Below, piece after piece: positions 1-12,707 of a DNA stretch of 64,000 nucleotides. Location of the stretch: the NCBI RefSeq assembly GCF_032062105.1, contig NW_026929684.1, positions 248,001 to 312,000 on the forward strand. The letters are read 5' to 3'. The DNA is from Saccostrea cucullata (Eukaryota). A program made the translations under genes and the position numbers. Under the pieces are notes generated by a model, which saw only the letters and a program-made list of their open reading frames with translations, searched no databases and was not told where the DNA came from. The number at the start of each line of letters is the position of its first letter. The first letter of the stretch is position 1.

Positions 1-269
1 AGGTTTACGTAGGGTTGCCCCGTAAAATCGTGAACAAAGCGTTTTTCTAAAAAAAAAATTAAAAAAATAGCATCTTCGCTAGCCTAGGGTTTTCGGTCTG
101 CACCGGTCCTCCTTTGCTAGCGATGATGCCAAAAGAATAGACACACGAAGCTGAAATTTTCAGCAAATGATTATGTAAAATATTCAAGTGTATCTTAACT
201 TTTTATATGAAATAAAAACATTTTTTAACTATACTTGAATGTGCAAAATCTAGGGTTTCATCAGAGAAC

Positions 270-549
270 AGTCGCCTAGAGCGTCTGCTCTAGAGTAGTG
301 AAGTAAGGAGTTGATCCTTACCTCGCGGGTTCGAATACCATTGTGGGACATGGAGACCAGTCCTTCGTATGATACCGTATAAACCGAGGTCCCATGTCGC
401 AGTAGGAGCTGGCACGAAAAAGATCCCTCCCTGTTCAATTGCCCTGAGTGCCAAGTATAGACAAGTATAATCCGTCGGCAATGGTGGCGTCTCCATAAGA
501 GTAAAAAATTTTCGAGAGGGACGTTAAACAATATACAATCAATCAATCA
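270..549 (+). mobile_element. tRNA-derived SINE
   Basis: B-box-like GGTTCGAATACC near 328 and an (AATC)n tail at 535-549. A second copy lies in reverse orientation at 47113-47300. Confidence 0.7.
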
Positions 550-1418
550 TTAGAGAACACACGCGGTTTATTTCAAATAAGAATATTTAACACATGTATA
601 CAAGATTGGCTTAAAAATTATCATTTTTGTAATCCACTGTCTGCTGTGAAGCCTTGTGGATATTGTTAAGGCATTTGCTGTGTTTTGGCAGTTTCCCGAG
701 CATTCAAAATTGGAAAGTGGTAAACACATCATACGAAGAATGGCGACATTTGATGACGATTCGGTGCAGTTTAGTTTTAATTTATATGGATGTAGTAATG
801 TGACTTTAAATGAAAACAGAAGGAAGAAAATAAAAAAATATATAACCCCTGATCTTTAGTATACATGTACGAATAAAATGGGAGTTTTCTAAGCGAAATC
901 TTTTTTGATCGAGCCCCGAGTAGAACAAAACTAAAGGACAAGCAGATATTATACAATGTACCGGGTATTAATTAGCGAAAGACGTGTCACTATAGTCTGC
1001 CGATAATAGATTGTCTTTTGAGTTGAATGATAGTGGGAATACTGTCCATAACTTTCTAATGTGTGTTCGAGATAGGTTTATGGAGGAATAAAGGGAAACT
1101 ATGGTATGCATGTGCATCGATGAAATTCTCGAATTAATTGGGACTTAACCAACTATGTTTTAAGCAAAGAGGAAACCTGGCGCTGCTTAGTTTTAGTTGG
1201 CGATGCATTAAATATCATTAATTTTAGACATGAGGGGACTGTGTATTAAACAAAAATGTCGTAATTTTCTGGTTAGTCAATGTATTATATTTACATTTGC
1301 TGTGTTTTTCTAGTAAGCCAACTCAAGCTATGAAATTTATTTGAATACCATTTTCACTCACGCGTAGAAAGATACACAGAGCAACGTACGTAAACATGAC
1401 GTCACGATGAGAATACAG

Positions 1419-1638
1419 GGGCCCATTTTACAAAAGGATTTACGACTTAAGACCAAATCTAATTCTTCATATAACTTTTTAATTAACTTTATATAGAAAA
1501 TTATTTTAAACTCCTTAAAAGGAATGTGGTAAGATATTTTTACACAAACAATTTCAAAGAGAATTATCAATTATGCAAAATTTTACAATAATCTGACGTT
1601 TTTGATCTTAGTCGTAAGTTCTTTTGTAAAACGGGCCC
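1419..1638. mobile_element. PIF/Harbinger-like MITE
   Basis: TIRs GGGCCC(A/G)TTTTACAAAAG...TTACGACT of about 35 bp; 3-bp TSD CAG on both sides. Confidence 0.8.
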
Positions 1639-1776
1639 CAGCAACGCTAGTAAAAGTATACGATATAGTGCAGCGAGAAATTCAAATATTGAGTCTATTA
1701 TTTATGCTTTCAAAGTTGAAAATGTAAATATAAAGAATGTTTTTAAAATTAGTGTGAATTATTGGTGTGTGATTAC

Positions 1777-1852
1777 CACAGACTTGCACGTAGGATATTT
1801 TTCATGAAACGCTAGCGCGCCTCATGAAATATGCCTGCGTGACAAGTCCGTG
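1777..1852. repeat. Imperfect palindrome with CGCTAGCGCG loop
   Basis: cacagacttgcacgtaggatatttttcatga pairs with tcatgaaatatgcctgcgtgacaagtccgtg. Confidence 0.65.
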
Positions 1853-3580
1853 TGATTCGGCGGACTTTTTATTCTTATTACATCTATTAGAACTGTTAAA
1901 TAAAGGCCATATTAGACACCGTGTATTGTGTAAAATCTTGACAATATTGAACGTGAATAAATACATGAATGTGACCTTATATTTGCATATGATTTACAGA
2001 ACATTCACGTATATAGTGCTTCAATATACATGACGTCGCGCATGGAATTGAGGCTGATTTTGTAACGTCAAATATCCATTTTTGACGTTGTTGCATACGT
2101 CGTCTAAGCGTAAAAACGTTAAAGAATTAAAGGCTTAACAAATAAGACTGGACATGCAATTTTTACTTTCGTTTTCGTAAAAATGTTTAACTTTTTTACT
2201 ATTTTTTTTATATAAAATTTTATTCATATGCACATTTTAAAAATAAGATTTTATTTGTAACAAGTTTTTCCATTTAAAAAAAAGAATATAGCTCGAATTA
2301 ATGACATACGTCCTGTAAAATACCAACATTTGTATATTTGTGTTGTAGTAACAAAACCAACTAGACATCAAAATCGCTCTATCAATATCTCCTATTACTT
2401 GCTTATAATTCTAAAAAGAAATATTTGACTACTCCTTGATATGCACCTTTCATTTATACTTCAGTTTTACCAAAAAGAACATGTTATATAGTAAAAAAGA
2501 TTAACCAAACATTCCATCTTTTCTTGTTACTCGTCAAAATTACGTCATGTTACGGAATATTTCAAATTTTACTAACAGTCGGAACTGGTCAATTTCGGAA
2601 ATTTATTAATGAATTTTATTGGACATCATCACAGGACGTTATAGATGATTCATACAAATTAGCAGAAAGATCCAAAAGGCCAAAACGATAAAATGACCAA
2701 AAATACTAACGCCATTCGTTTACAGTGTAACAAGTTACGCAATTTAGAACCCTAATGCTATGCGCGACGTCACATGTATACATTTAATAATTCTACGAAT
2801 TCAGGGGCATGTTCTTCTTTTTTTCCCTAAGAGCTGGAAACACATTCTCTGGATTAGCTTGTCGATATTTAATATAGAGCACAACCTCTGATCTAGAATA
2901 TACAACTATTAAATGATAGGTCTGTTTCTGAGGACTACATAACATGTTTTATTTTTTCGAGGCTATTCTCATACTATTTTTCTTCTCTAAAATTCTCAAA
3001 TGGACTCTTATAGGAAAATTTTTCTATAGGAAAATGAAAGCACTGATTCTCTACTTTATGTTCATACTAAAATTGGAACATTATACATATCTAAAATGGC
3101 TTCGAGGGCAGCATACCAGAATATTTGCCCCAAGGTGACATGGAAGCCCTGGAGTGTTATGTCGCCCGATGCTGAAGTAATTTTTCCGTAAATATCAACC
3201 CTTTGTCCAGATTAAAAGAGAGATTAAAGTAAGCAACTCCATTGTAATTTTTGCATATAATTCTTGGATGATTTATCGGAAATCAGGTGTTGAATCAATG
3301 AAAGTAAACTTTTAATGCCTAGATGATATAGTTAAACAAACTTTAGAAGCTATAGAATTATTTTAATTTAAAAAAAATTTATTTGAATTCATGGGTCAAA
3401 GTTGTTATGAATTTTTTCTTTAAAAAATTAAAAACACATTTTTTAAAATAAATTATTTGGTTTTCGTTTAATTTTTTAAAAAGCGATAAATATGTGCGGT
3501 AAGACACCGAATCAAATGTTTGACTTTGTGTGCTTTTTTCAGACTGCATGCACCATGCGCAGACATTTCAATGCAGAATA

Positions 3581-4828
3581 TTTACATTCTGTGTATTTTT
3601 CCTTATGAAATTCATTAGAAATCCACGACATTCAAATTTCTATAACACACGCGAAACCTTGTCACCGAGCGTTAGAATACACAGTAGGAACTATATGCAT
3701 TTTCTATAACCTGGGAACACCAAAATGTACAATGTTTTAACTCAATTTAATTAAAAAGTATAATCCTGTTAAATTACCGTAAAAATACTACAAATGTTCG
3801 TTTAAAATCAATTTGTCACTTTTTTTTCCTCGCAATGTTTGTTTGCGTTATTTAACTTTGCAACGTCATCTGACGTCACAAACGGCTCTTACGTCTATTA
3901 ACCGCGTCAGTTTTGAAGGGCGTTAAATTCACATTAAAAATAAACGAAATAAGCAATCAAGAAGAAGGAAAATTAGAGAATGTAAATATAAGCATTGAAT
4001 TCATATTTTTGGCTGTCTTCGGTCCTATAACACACCTGGCCGTGCCGACAAATTTATCATACCGCGCTAACGCGCGGTATTCAATTTGTCGGCACTGCCA
4101 GGTGTGTTATAGGACCGAAGACATCCAAAAATATGAATTCAATGCTTAAATAATGTGAAAAAAAATATATTAAATACAATACTCTTTTCCATTTTTATTT
4201 AATTGTTTAACATTACTTATTAAGTTTAGAAATCGTGATAATGGTAATCATTGTATAATATTTACATTCAGTGTGATTTTCCTTATGAAATTCATTAGAA
4301 ATCTACGACGTTCAAATTACTATAACACACGCGAAACCTTGTCACCGCGCGTTAGAATACATAGTAGGAACTATATCAATACTCTAGGAACACCAAAATG
4401 TAAAATATTTTACTTCAATTAAATGAAAAACTATAACCCTGAAAAATTAACGTAAACATTAACGTAACGTGCGTTAAGAATTAATTTGTCACTTTTTTCC
4501 TCGCAACGTTTGTTTGCGTAAGTTAACTTTGCAACGTCATTTTACGTCATTTGACGTCACAAACGGCTCTTACATCTATTAACCACGGCAGTTTTGAAAG
4601 GCGCTAAATTCACATTAAAGATTAACAAAATAAGCAATTATGAAGAAGAAAAATTAGAGAATGTAAATATAAGCATTGAATTAATATGTTTGGATGTCTT
4701 CGGTCCTATAACACACCTGGCCGTGCCGACAAATTATCATACCGCGCTAACGCGCGGTATTCAATTTGTCGGCACGGCCAGGTGTGTTATAGGACCGAAG
4801 ACATCCAAAAATATGAATTCAATGCTTA
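3581..4828. repeat. Tandem duplication with ~680 bp period (3581-4148 and 4261-4828), each copy ending in a ~160-bp near-perfect palindrome
   Basis: Both copies start tttacattc..gtgt..ttttccttatgaaattcattagaaatc and end ...gaattcaatgctta. Hairpins at 3989-4148 and 4670-4828. Confidence 0.9.
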
Positions 4829-5422
4829 ATCAAACTGTTTTGAATTTGTATCTAATTTTGATGTACATATTTATTACTCGGAATCGTTTATCGGTTTTAT
4901 TTGATTGGAAATACTTAAAAAAATTAATTTAAAAAATCTTTTTATAATAAAAATAGTAAATCAAGCTCTTTTAGTCAGTCATAATCAGTCATGATTATTT
5001 TTCACTCTAGACACTTATTCATGATTTTACCGGATAACTCTCGTTCATACAAATTCCTAAACTAGGCAGGCTATTGACAATCAGTTTGATGAAACAAGGA
5101 TATTACTTAACGATCTTGTTTAAAATCTGCAACAGTTCGCAAATTCTATAATGGTCGATGCAAAGATTCCTGTTTCCTTCCAATTTGTATTGTTTCATTA
5201 GACGTTTAAGTTATAGATTGCTGTTTGGTATCCCCATACATACCATACTCATATTAAGTCAGGACACTGACACATGCTAGTCATTTTCTGGGCTTCTGTG
5301 ATAGTGCTGTAAGTCTAAAATATAGTATACAATAATTAAATTTTTAAATCAATATGAACCCGGCAATAAAGTGGAATTTCTTGTCACATAGAGGACATGA
5401 TGGTTGTTAATTTTTTTTATTT

Positions 5423-5443
5423 GGGGGGGGGGGGGGGGGGGGG
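5423..5443. repeat. poly-G tract
   Basis: About 21 consecutive G. Confidence 0.9.
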
Positions 5444-5746
5444 TCATGACACGCTTGCACATATCATTTTTTATTAATCACTGTTGGATACTGGCATATA
5501 ACAATTAATTTTGATAAAACATATTTCATTGTTATTCATTTAAAAAAAAACAAAAAGAAAAATCCTTTGTTTTGTCAGCGGATGTCATTCAAACTTATGA
5601 GTATATATCACTAATGGAGTATACTTAGAATGATATATATACATGTACATGTATATTATACAAGCATTATATTAAGTGGTATAACTACTTCTAGATTATA
5701 ACTTTATATTTCTATATGGATCCAATGAAACACTGAGGAAAAAACA

Positions 5747-8700
5747 ATGAGGAAAAATGGTAAGATTTTGTCAATATTTTCAAAATAAATATAATTTTCT
5801 GGAGTTAAAAATTTAGAAAGCAATAAAATCATTTGAAAGTAATGACATGTGTCTGAATTTTAACCGAGTGGTTATAATTAGCTTATCTATTAAGAAAATG
5901 AAATAAAAAGTGGGGGTCTGTGATGTTATTTTTAAGATGAAACATATGGAGATAACGAACACTATTCAAGATCAAAAGTCCCTAAAACACTACAAAATAG
6001 GGGCAGAGCAAACACGGATCTCCAAAACATCAAAGGTGGGATCAGGTGCCATGGAGAAGCTCTTCTGCCGACCGGTCACACCCTCCGTGTGCTCCTTGTC
6101 ATGATCGGAAAATAACGGGAAAATCCGTAGTCAATTCAGTGTATAAATAATGGACTAACAATTAGTATGAAAATCGTCAGTCAGCATTTGACTCAATGAT
6201 AAATTGTATTTGCTGACAAGTTCATTGTATCGACCGTAGTTCAAACTAAATAGTGCTAATTTTCAGCTTAAACTGGGCCAATTTTTTTTTTCAAGGATTT
6301 TCATGAGTTATTTGATATATTTGCCAAATATGATGATAGAATACATGAGAGTTAATCTCATATATAATTTAGGACCAGCATAGAACTTTTCACTGCACAA
6401 CATTGTTCTGTTTGCAGCCTGAATCTAAAAAAGAAATCCAAACTTAACAATGCTGAATACTTCGAAAGAGGACAAATTGATCTTTTTCTTTAAAAAACAA
6501 CCTCCCGCCACGAAAAATAGTCCCTCCCTAAATGTTTTCTTTATGGAATTTAACCATGGGGTCTTATTCAATTAACATTATAAAATCCAAATTTATTGCA
6601 AGAACTTAAATATTATGTAGAATTCTTTAAATAGATGCCAAGACGAAACTCTGCTGAAACGCTGAGGAGCGAAGTTTGCTAAATAAGATTATTTTAAAAA
6701 ATGTTTGAATTTAATATACCCAACTATTCATTTTATCAGATGATAAAATGTTTAGATGTTTACCCAATATTGTCCTTCTTGTTTTAAAAGACTGTTTAAG
6801 GTAGTCCGATCCTCAGGTTTATCAAATTAGCAGTTAAGTAATCAAAAATACCCATGAAAGTATCTCTGAATAAACAAAGTTATGTAAATTTATCCACAGT
6901 ATTTCTTTAAATTAAAGATTAAAGTTAATATTATTATTTAGGGAAAATTGTCAAATCTGCAATATTTTTGCAGAAAAAGTGAATAGGAATATCAGCTATG
7001 CATTTTCTAATTGCAAATTGATCAACAATATAATTTGGGTTAAAATACGGTAGGTATCCAGGCATTCAGAGAAATTGTCATAATTTTTACACTTATTTGG
7101 TATTTTTTGTCTTCTGATTTCCGTCATGTATTCTATAATACGTAGTGTAAAAGGCTTTTGCTATCATGGCAAGACACCACAAATCACTTCTTATTTCATA
7201 TCATGCTAATATTCACTGGTATCTAAGGCTGGATTCTAGAAAATTTCTAAAACTGTATTTTTTTTCCTTTTATAGGGAACAAATGTCAACTTTTATAAGA
7301 ACTTTTCCAAGACTTCCAAAAACCTTTAATCTTATAAAGATGAATATAATGAAAATTGTTGCATAAAAAAGATTTATTTTCAAGCTTCATTTTGATGCAT
7401 TTCAAATTAAATATGAATTTTTGGAATTATCCTCCCTGGCTGAGGATCGGATATTCTTAAGATATAGAAGGCTGTAAGATGTAAGGATTTTTTTTATTTA
7501 CATAAATAACGAGTGGAATTTAATCCGGATTCTCTTCATTATGTTTTAGGAAAAGAAATGTTTTTATGCATTTCACTATACATTGTTTCTATATAGTCCT
7601 TTAATCTTAAAGTTTTGGAGAAAAAAGCTTTTTTTGCATTATATTTACGGTGTTATTTTTTTCTTCATGATAAGACAAAGAATTAATATTTTGAAAAAGT
7701 AAGCCCCGAGTATGTTCTTTTCTATTTAAAGCTAATTCTTAATTTGCAGACAAAAGTCATTGTCGGGATTTTTAAAATCAAAATTGAATGATATTTTTAA
7801 AATCATTGTAAGACCTTAATTTTACACCAATATATAATGTCAATGACAAAGTTATTTGCATTTCAATAAAAAATATAATGAAAATACATTGATATAGATA
7901 GTTGCTTTGATTTGATACAGTTGTTGGACAATTGGTAGTATTATCTGCCCTGTGCTATCCTGTTGCCACCTTTTCCAAATTGTAAGCATTAATTTTACAT
8001 TTGTTAATGTACACATATATCTTTGCAAAATAAAAATTAAATGCATGACGCTTCAATAACATTTTGAATTTGTGTAAATATGACAAACTTTTATATTTTG
8101 AGAAAATAACATGGTTAGGATCCAACGATATATATTATATTTCAGACAGTGTATTGAAAGAGCCACAGATTTTTACAAAGTTATTACTGACACCACAACA
8201 TGTTTATCCAGCTTTGAAAGTAAATAAGCATTTTATAGCCTAAACTACTTAGTATATACATGTGGAAGTTCAATTGTTTGTTAGATTTTTCTAGGTATTT
8301 CAGAAGAAATTTATCATACAAGATATAACAAATCAAAATGTTTAAGCAATGTTCTTACATCTTTCAGAAAGCCTATCTTTAAGAAATATCACAGAATGTT
8401 CCAAAGACTGTGTTGTAAAAGAAACATCGAGGGAGGATAACTATATGAGAATACACATCAAATACGACACTGATATCATTTTAAAGCTAGAAAGCAAGAA
8501 AAATCCTGACTGCGGATACAGTTCTAAAAACATGTATATCGAATGCACCATAAATAAAAGAAAACAGGGTAAATCTATTGAATCCATTATTTACTTTGAT
8601 GTCTAAAGACAAATTTTTTTTATGCATTTACAAAGTTTCCTTTTTCTGGTTTTGTTGGTTTTGCATATGTTTGATTGTTTATTTGATTGTCTAGATTATA

Positions 8701-8884
8701 CTTTTTTTTTATTTCTTATTTTTTTTTTTCCAGAATGGTTAGAAACATGTATAACTGGTAAATGTATCAACAGTCTGAACAAAAGAACCATTAATTCAAA
8801 GCAAGTAAATGGTGAGTTAAAAAAAACATCTTTTTTTATTTTAGCTGTAAGTATGCCTAAATCATGTACGTAGCTATATAAAAT

Positions 8885-8971
<87 letters not shown>

Positions 8972-9254
8972 TATAAATTATACATATTTTAAATATAAAT
9001 TATACATATTTTATTTTCATTTTCTGATACATGTTTCTATAAAAACTTAAATTACATATTTATATATAATTTTTCAAGAAACAGATATCGTTACTGAAGC
9101 CTTTCAAACCCTTTCAGATGCCGATCGTCCCTTATCAGACCCACTCTTCTTTTCTGCTGTGATTTCAGGATCTATTATTCTCAGTGCCGTCATTACAGGA
9201 ATGGGGTGCTTACTGTTCATGACAAGAAAAAGAAAGACATGTATCTCTAAATAA
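5747..9254 (+). CDS. Orphan single-pass type I membrane protein, 200 aa, 6 exons (5747-5759, 7921-7981, 8146-8219, 8368-8568, 8734-8811, 9079-9254)
   Basis: All junctions are GT-AG with consistent phases (1,2,1,1,1), 603 nt in total. Product: signal peptide MRKNVVGQLVVLSALCYPVATFS, an 8-Cys ectodomain with an NIT sequon, TM LFFSAVISGSIILSAVITGMGCLLFM, stop-transfer RKRK and a short tail. AATAAA near 9392. Exon 1 is less certain than exons 2-6. Confidence 0.72.
5933..6240 (-). mobile_element. Dispersed retroposon 3'-end repeat (family A)
   Basis: gcagagcaaacacgga..ccaaaacatca.aggtgggatcaggtgccatggag is shared with 60585-60716 and, in reverse, with 13985-14250, 15880-16070, 42325-42480 and 49219-49390. 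Confidence 0.7.
6800..7456. mobile_element. Kolobok-like MITE in intron 1 of the orphan gene
   Basis: TTAA on both flanks; imperfect TIRs ggtagtccgatcctcag / ctgaggatcggatattc. Confidence 0.7.
8888..8967. repeat. (TA)n microsatellite in an orphan-gene intron
   Basis: About 40 uninterrupted TA units. Confidence 0.95.
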
Positions 9255-10610
9255 TGTTCTCCAATATTATGCATTATATGATGATCATGGATCAATCAAC
9301 CATCTTTGATTCAAATTCAATCAAAGTCCAGTGTGTAGCATTGAGCATGTGGCCTATATTGTATCTTGGGAGAGTTTTTCTACAAAGGTTAAATAAATGC
9401 GATTCTCTTTTGAGATAGAATTTTTTAGTATGAAAGGACGGCATTTTTTTTATTTTTTTCAGCTGTATTAGTCAAAGTATCTTAACAACATTCTTGACAT
9501 TTTCTTTCCTAGAAATACTGTATTTTCAATACATTATCTTGGTATTTTTTTTACAAATAGTTTTTTTTTTAGTTTTCTAAAAATACAATTTCTTGAAATC
9601 TTATACAACTTTTTAAAATCGCTTTGTCTTGAATTGTAAATCATCATAAGAGTTAAATGTAAATACTTCAAGTCATTAAGAATGCGGATACAGTCACTTC
9701 GATGTATTACAATCTATATTTTTATACACAATGGAAGTCATGTGACAAGTTATAATTATTAGGTATTTAATTTAATATGTTATCAACTATGGCATCTATC
9801 CAATTTTCTATTTTCTTTCGTATATTAGCAAACCGGTTGGGGAATAAAACTAGTTAAGAAATACGTTGACAAAAGTTGGACTATCACTTTTGATTTTCAG
9901 ATATACATTAAGAACTATAAATATTTAATATTTGATACTATTTTTTAAAACTGTACGTACGTTGTGTATATAAAAAACTTCATTCAGTGTCATTTTTCTA
10001 ATACGCGACCATTGTCGCTTCTAATAAGTGTTGAGTATAATGAATTGAAAATCAAGGGGATCGGAATTTTCTGAAAAAAAAGAATTTATCAAATGTCGAA
10101 ATTATATTTGTATTTTTAGCATGAATTGTTATTAATGTCTTTAAAACTTCCGAAACTCAGTGGCAGCAATTGTTTAACCACAAACCATGGCTAGAAGGCA
10201 GCATTAACCAAAACAGTGTTTATAAAACGAAAATTGAGAAATAATTTTTATCTTAAAATTACACCTCCCTCCCATATCAACAATGTTTATTATGGGAGTC
10301 ATGGACGTTTTGTTTTGATACTTTTATTTGTCTAGTTTGTTTTTTCTTGCCATTTTTATTATTATTGTTCTCATTAAAGTATTTGTCTTTTGATAAGTCT
10401 ATTCAAATCCATTGTCATGAGTCTTTGATGAAGTATAGCTCATTTGAACTATTTTATTTGGCGTAGTCTAACCATTTATTTCGTGTGCGGTTTGCAAAGT
10501 TTTGTCTGATGTTATTGATTTTAATTGTGCTGTGTTTCAAGTGTTTGATACATGTATGTCTGATTTTTATTATTGTATCTTTGAATTTGTAATTCATTTA
10601 CATGAATGTA

Positions 10611-11667
10611 CGAGGGGCGTTAGAAAAGTTCGAGGACAAGTTCTATTGTGAGCGCGCTATTTCCACGAAACTGGTCAAACTTTCCAGATAAAATCTTAAG
10701 CTCTTTTCCAATAAATATACAAGAATTGGGTGCTCTCCGGTGATTATTGAAATATATACAGCTTTTTTATTTTGAAAAAACTTGCTTCACGGAGCATGCT
10801 ACATTTTGGCACGTTTACATTATAAAGACTCTTTCTTAAAATCAAAAATTGCACAATTGTAGCGCAAAGAGATTTATGATATTTTACCTGCCGCTAAAGT
10901 ATGCATGAAACGTCACTGGGAGAAGTTTTGAACTAAATTGGACGGTATATGACTGTTTTATAGCCGTTTAAGATTGATCGACGCGTAAAAACAAAGCCAA
11001 AAATCGGAACGTCATTGAGCGTCATGAAGCACTGCAGTACGTAAAAATTATGTGTGCGGACAGGGAAATGTCTAAAAAGAGATTAAAATGTTCACGATTC
11101 CGCCGGGAATTTCCTACACATACAAAGGACAAGTTTTCAAATGGTTGTAGCTTCATAAGAATGGAAGGATTAACATTTTGAATGATTAACTGCGGTGACA
11201 CTTCAATACCCCCTTTTTGCATGGACGTTGCTCTGCGCCTATATGGTTTTGCATAGTTTCAATACCTGATCGATTAACTGCATAGACTTTTTAAAGATCT
11301 CAATAATATCCAAATCAATACAAAAGACATTATAGTAGAAAAGTAACATGTTGATCTAGATATTCAATTTTAAAGTAGAAAAAAGATAAGAAAAATCTGA
11401 AGAAATGAAAGATTTTTTGAACTGCGACAAAGCTTAACGGGTTGAAATCTGGTTGTTACGTCGCCTTACGTCAAGTGATTGCTCCGTGAATCCCATGACC
11501 TCATAATAAAAATCGTTGTAGATTTTCAAGATTTCATTATTTGGACTTAATTTTTTACATACCAATAAACAAAATGTAGGAATTTATTCAGACATAGGTC
11601 ATACTTCACAGTACACAATAGATTTTCCGTAATTCAATGTGTCCGCGAACTTTTCTAACAACCCTCG
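10611..11667. mobile_element. Tc1/mariner-like non-autonomous element
   Basis: TA TSD; TIRs cgaggggcgttagaaaagttcgaggaca / tgtccgcgaacttttctaacaaccctcg; no transposase ORF. Confidence 0.85.
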
Positions 11668-11952
11668 TATGATGATAATAAACTTTATTGTGCAAATTTT
11701 TGAGTTTATGATTCAGTACATGTCTGATTTCAATGATTTTCATCGTGCTAAATCTTAGGTTTTTTTATTCTGATCATTTTGAATGTAATTATGTTTTGAT
11801 ATCTGATTTTAATGACACGTATTGTTATTATTAAAAGATCAAAACATACATGTCTTATTTTAAACGCACTTGTTGCTCTACCTGTAATGTATTCAACAAT
11901 TAAAATGCGTTTTCAATAATAATTTCTAATTGATACTTTTATGCTATTATAG

Positions 11953-12707
11953 TAGGGATGTCAACGAATATTCGAATATTCATTCGATGAGTTGATATTC
12001 GAATATAAATTTATGATTCGAATATTCCTTTTTAAGTATACAAGCATTAAAAAGAGAGAAAACCCTGGCAAGTTTTATTAGAAATTGAATAAAGTTCGTA
12101 CAAAATTTTTAAAAAACCCACTCCTCTTGGATCACCTTAAAGGTGTGAAGAGTATATCTATTAGAGTAATTTATGTATTTGTTCACTTAATTAGTAGTAT
12201 AATAGTTTCCAGTACTTACAATCAGCTTGTATTGTTGTAAGGACATAGTTTTACAGTAAACACACGGACCCCTTGTTTATGTAAAAATCATTAAAAATCA
12301 TTATCAGGAAATCATAATTAGCGAAAAGTAATTGCTTTTAATATTTCACCGTTAGATAATTGTTCTGCTTGGTATAAATTTGTAGGAATTATCAGTGTAG
12401 ACTTTAGTAAGACGATCAATAATTAATCTGGAACATACTAAAGAATCTTTTGAATTTTCTAACAATCATTACATTTGGGATGTATACTATTCAATATTTC
12501 TTTTAAAAAATATAATTGCAGTGTATTTACCGAACTCCACATGAGTTTTTATTCCAAATAATGGCATAAACTCTACACTACTTGACAGGAGAGTGAAGAT
12601 ATATATTTAATAATGCAAGATGTATTTATTTTATCGAATATTCGAATATATTCGAATACTCCTATCGAATATTCGAATATCAATTATTGACAACTTTGAC
12701 ATCCCTA
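11953..12707. mobile_element. hAT-like MITE
   Basis: TIR tagggatgtcaa / ttgacatcccta, subterminal (t)cgaatattcga repeats, 8-bp TSD tattatag / tattgtag (one mismatch). Confidence 0.85.

Noticed and set aside
250-546. ORFs 250-546 and 290-496, and a possible tRNA gene
   Set aside because: They lie within a SINE; the tRNA-like head has a B-box but no complete cloverleaf.
3913-4932. Paralogous ORFs 3913-4149 and 4594-4932
   Set aside because: They run through the duplicated palindrome, start at TTG, and differ by a frameshift, so they are not protein-coding.
9239-9912. Extra splice (ACAT|gtatct to tgattttcag at 9900) extending the orphan protein tail
   Set aside because: Weak donor, and the downstream frame stops after three codons; the unspliced stop at 9254 with a nearby AATAAA is simpler.
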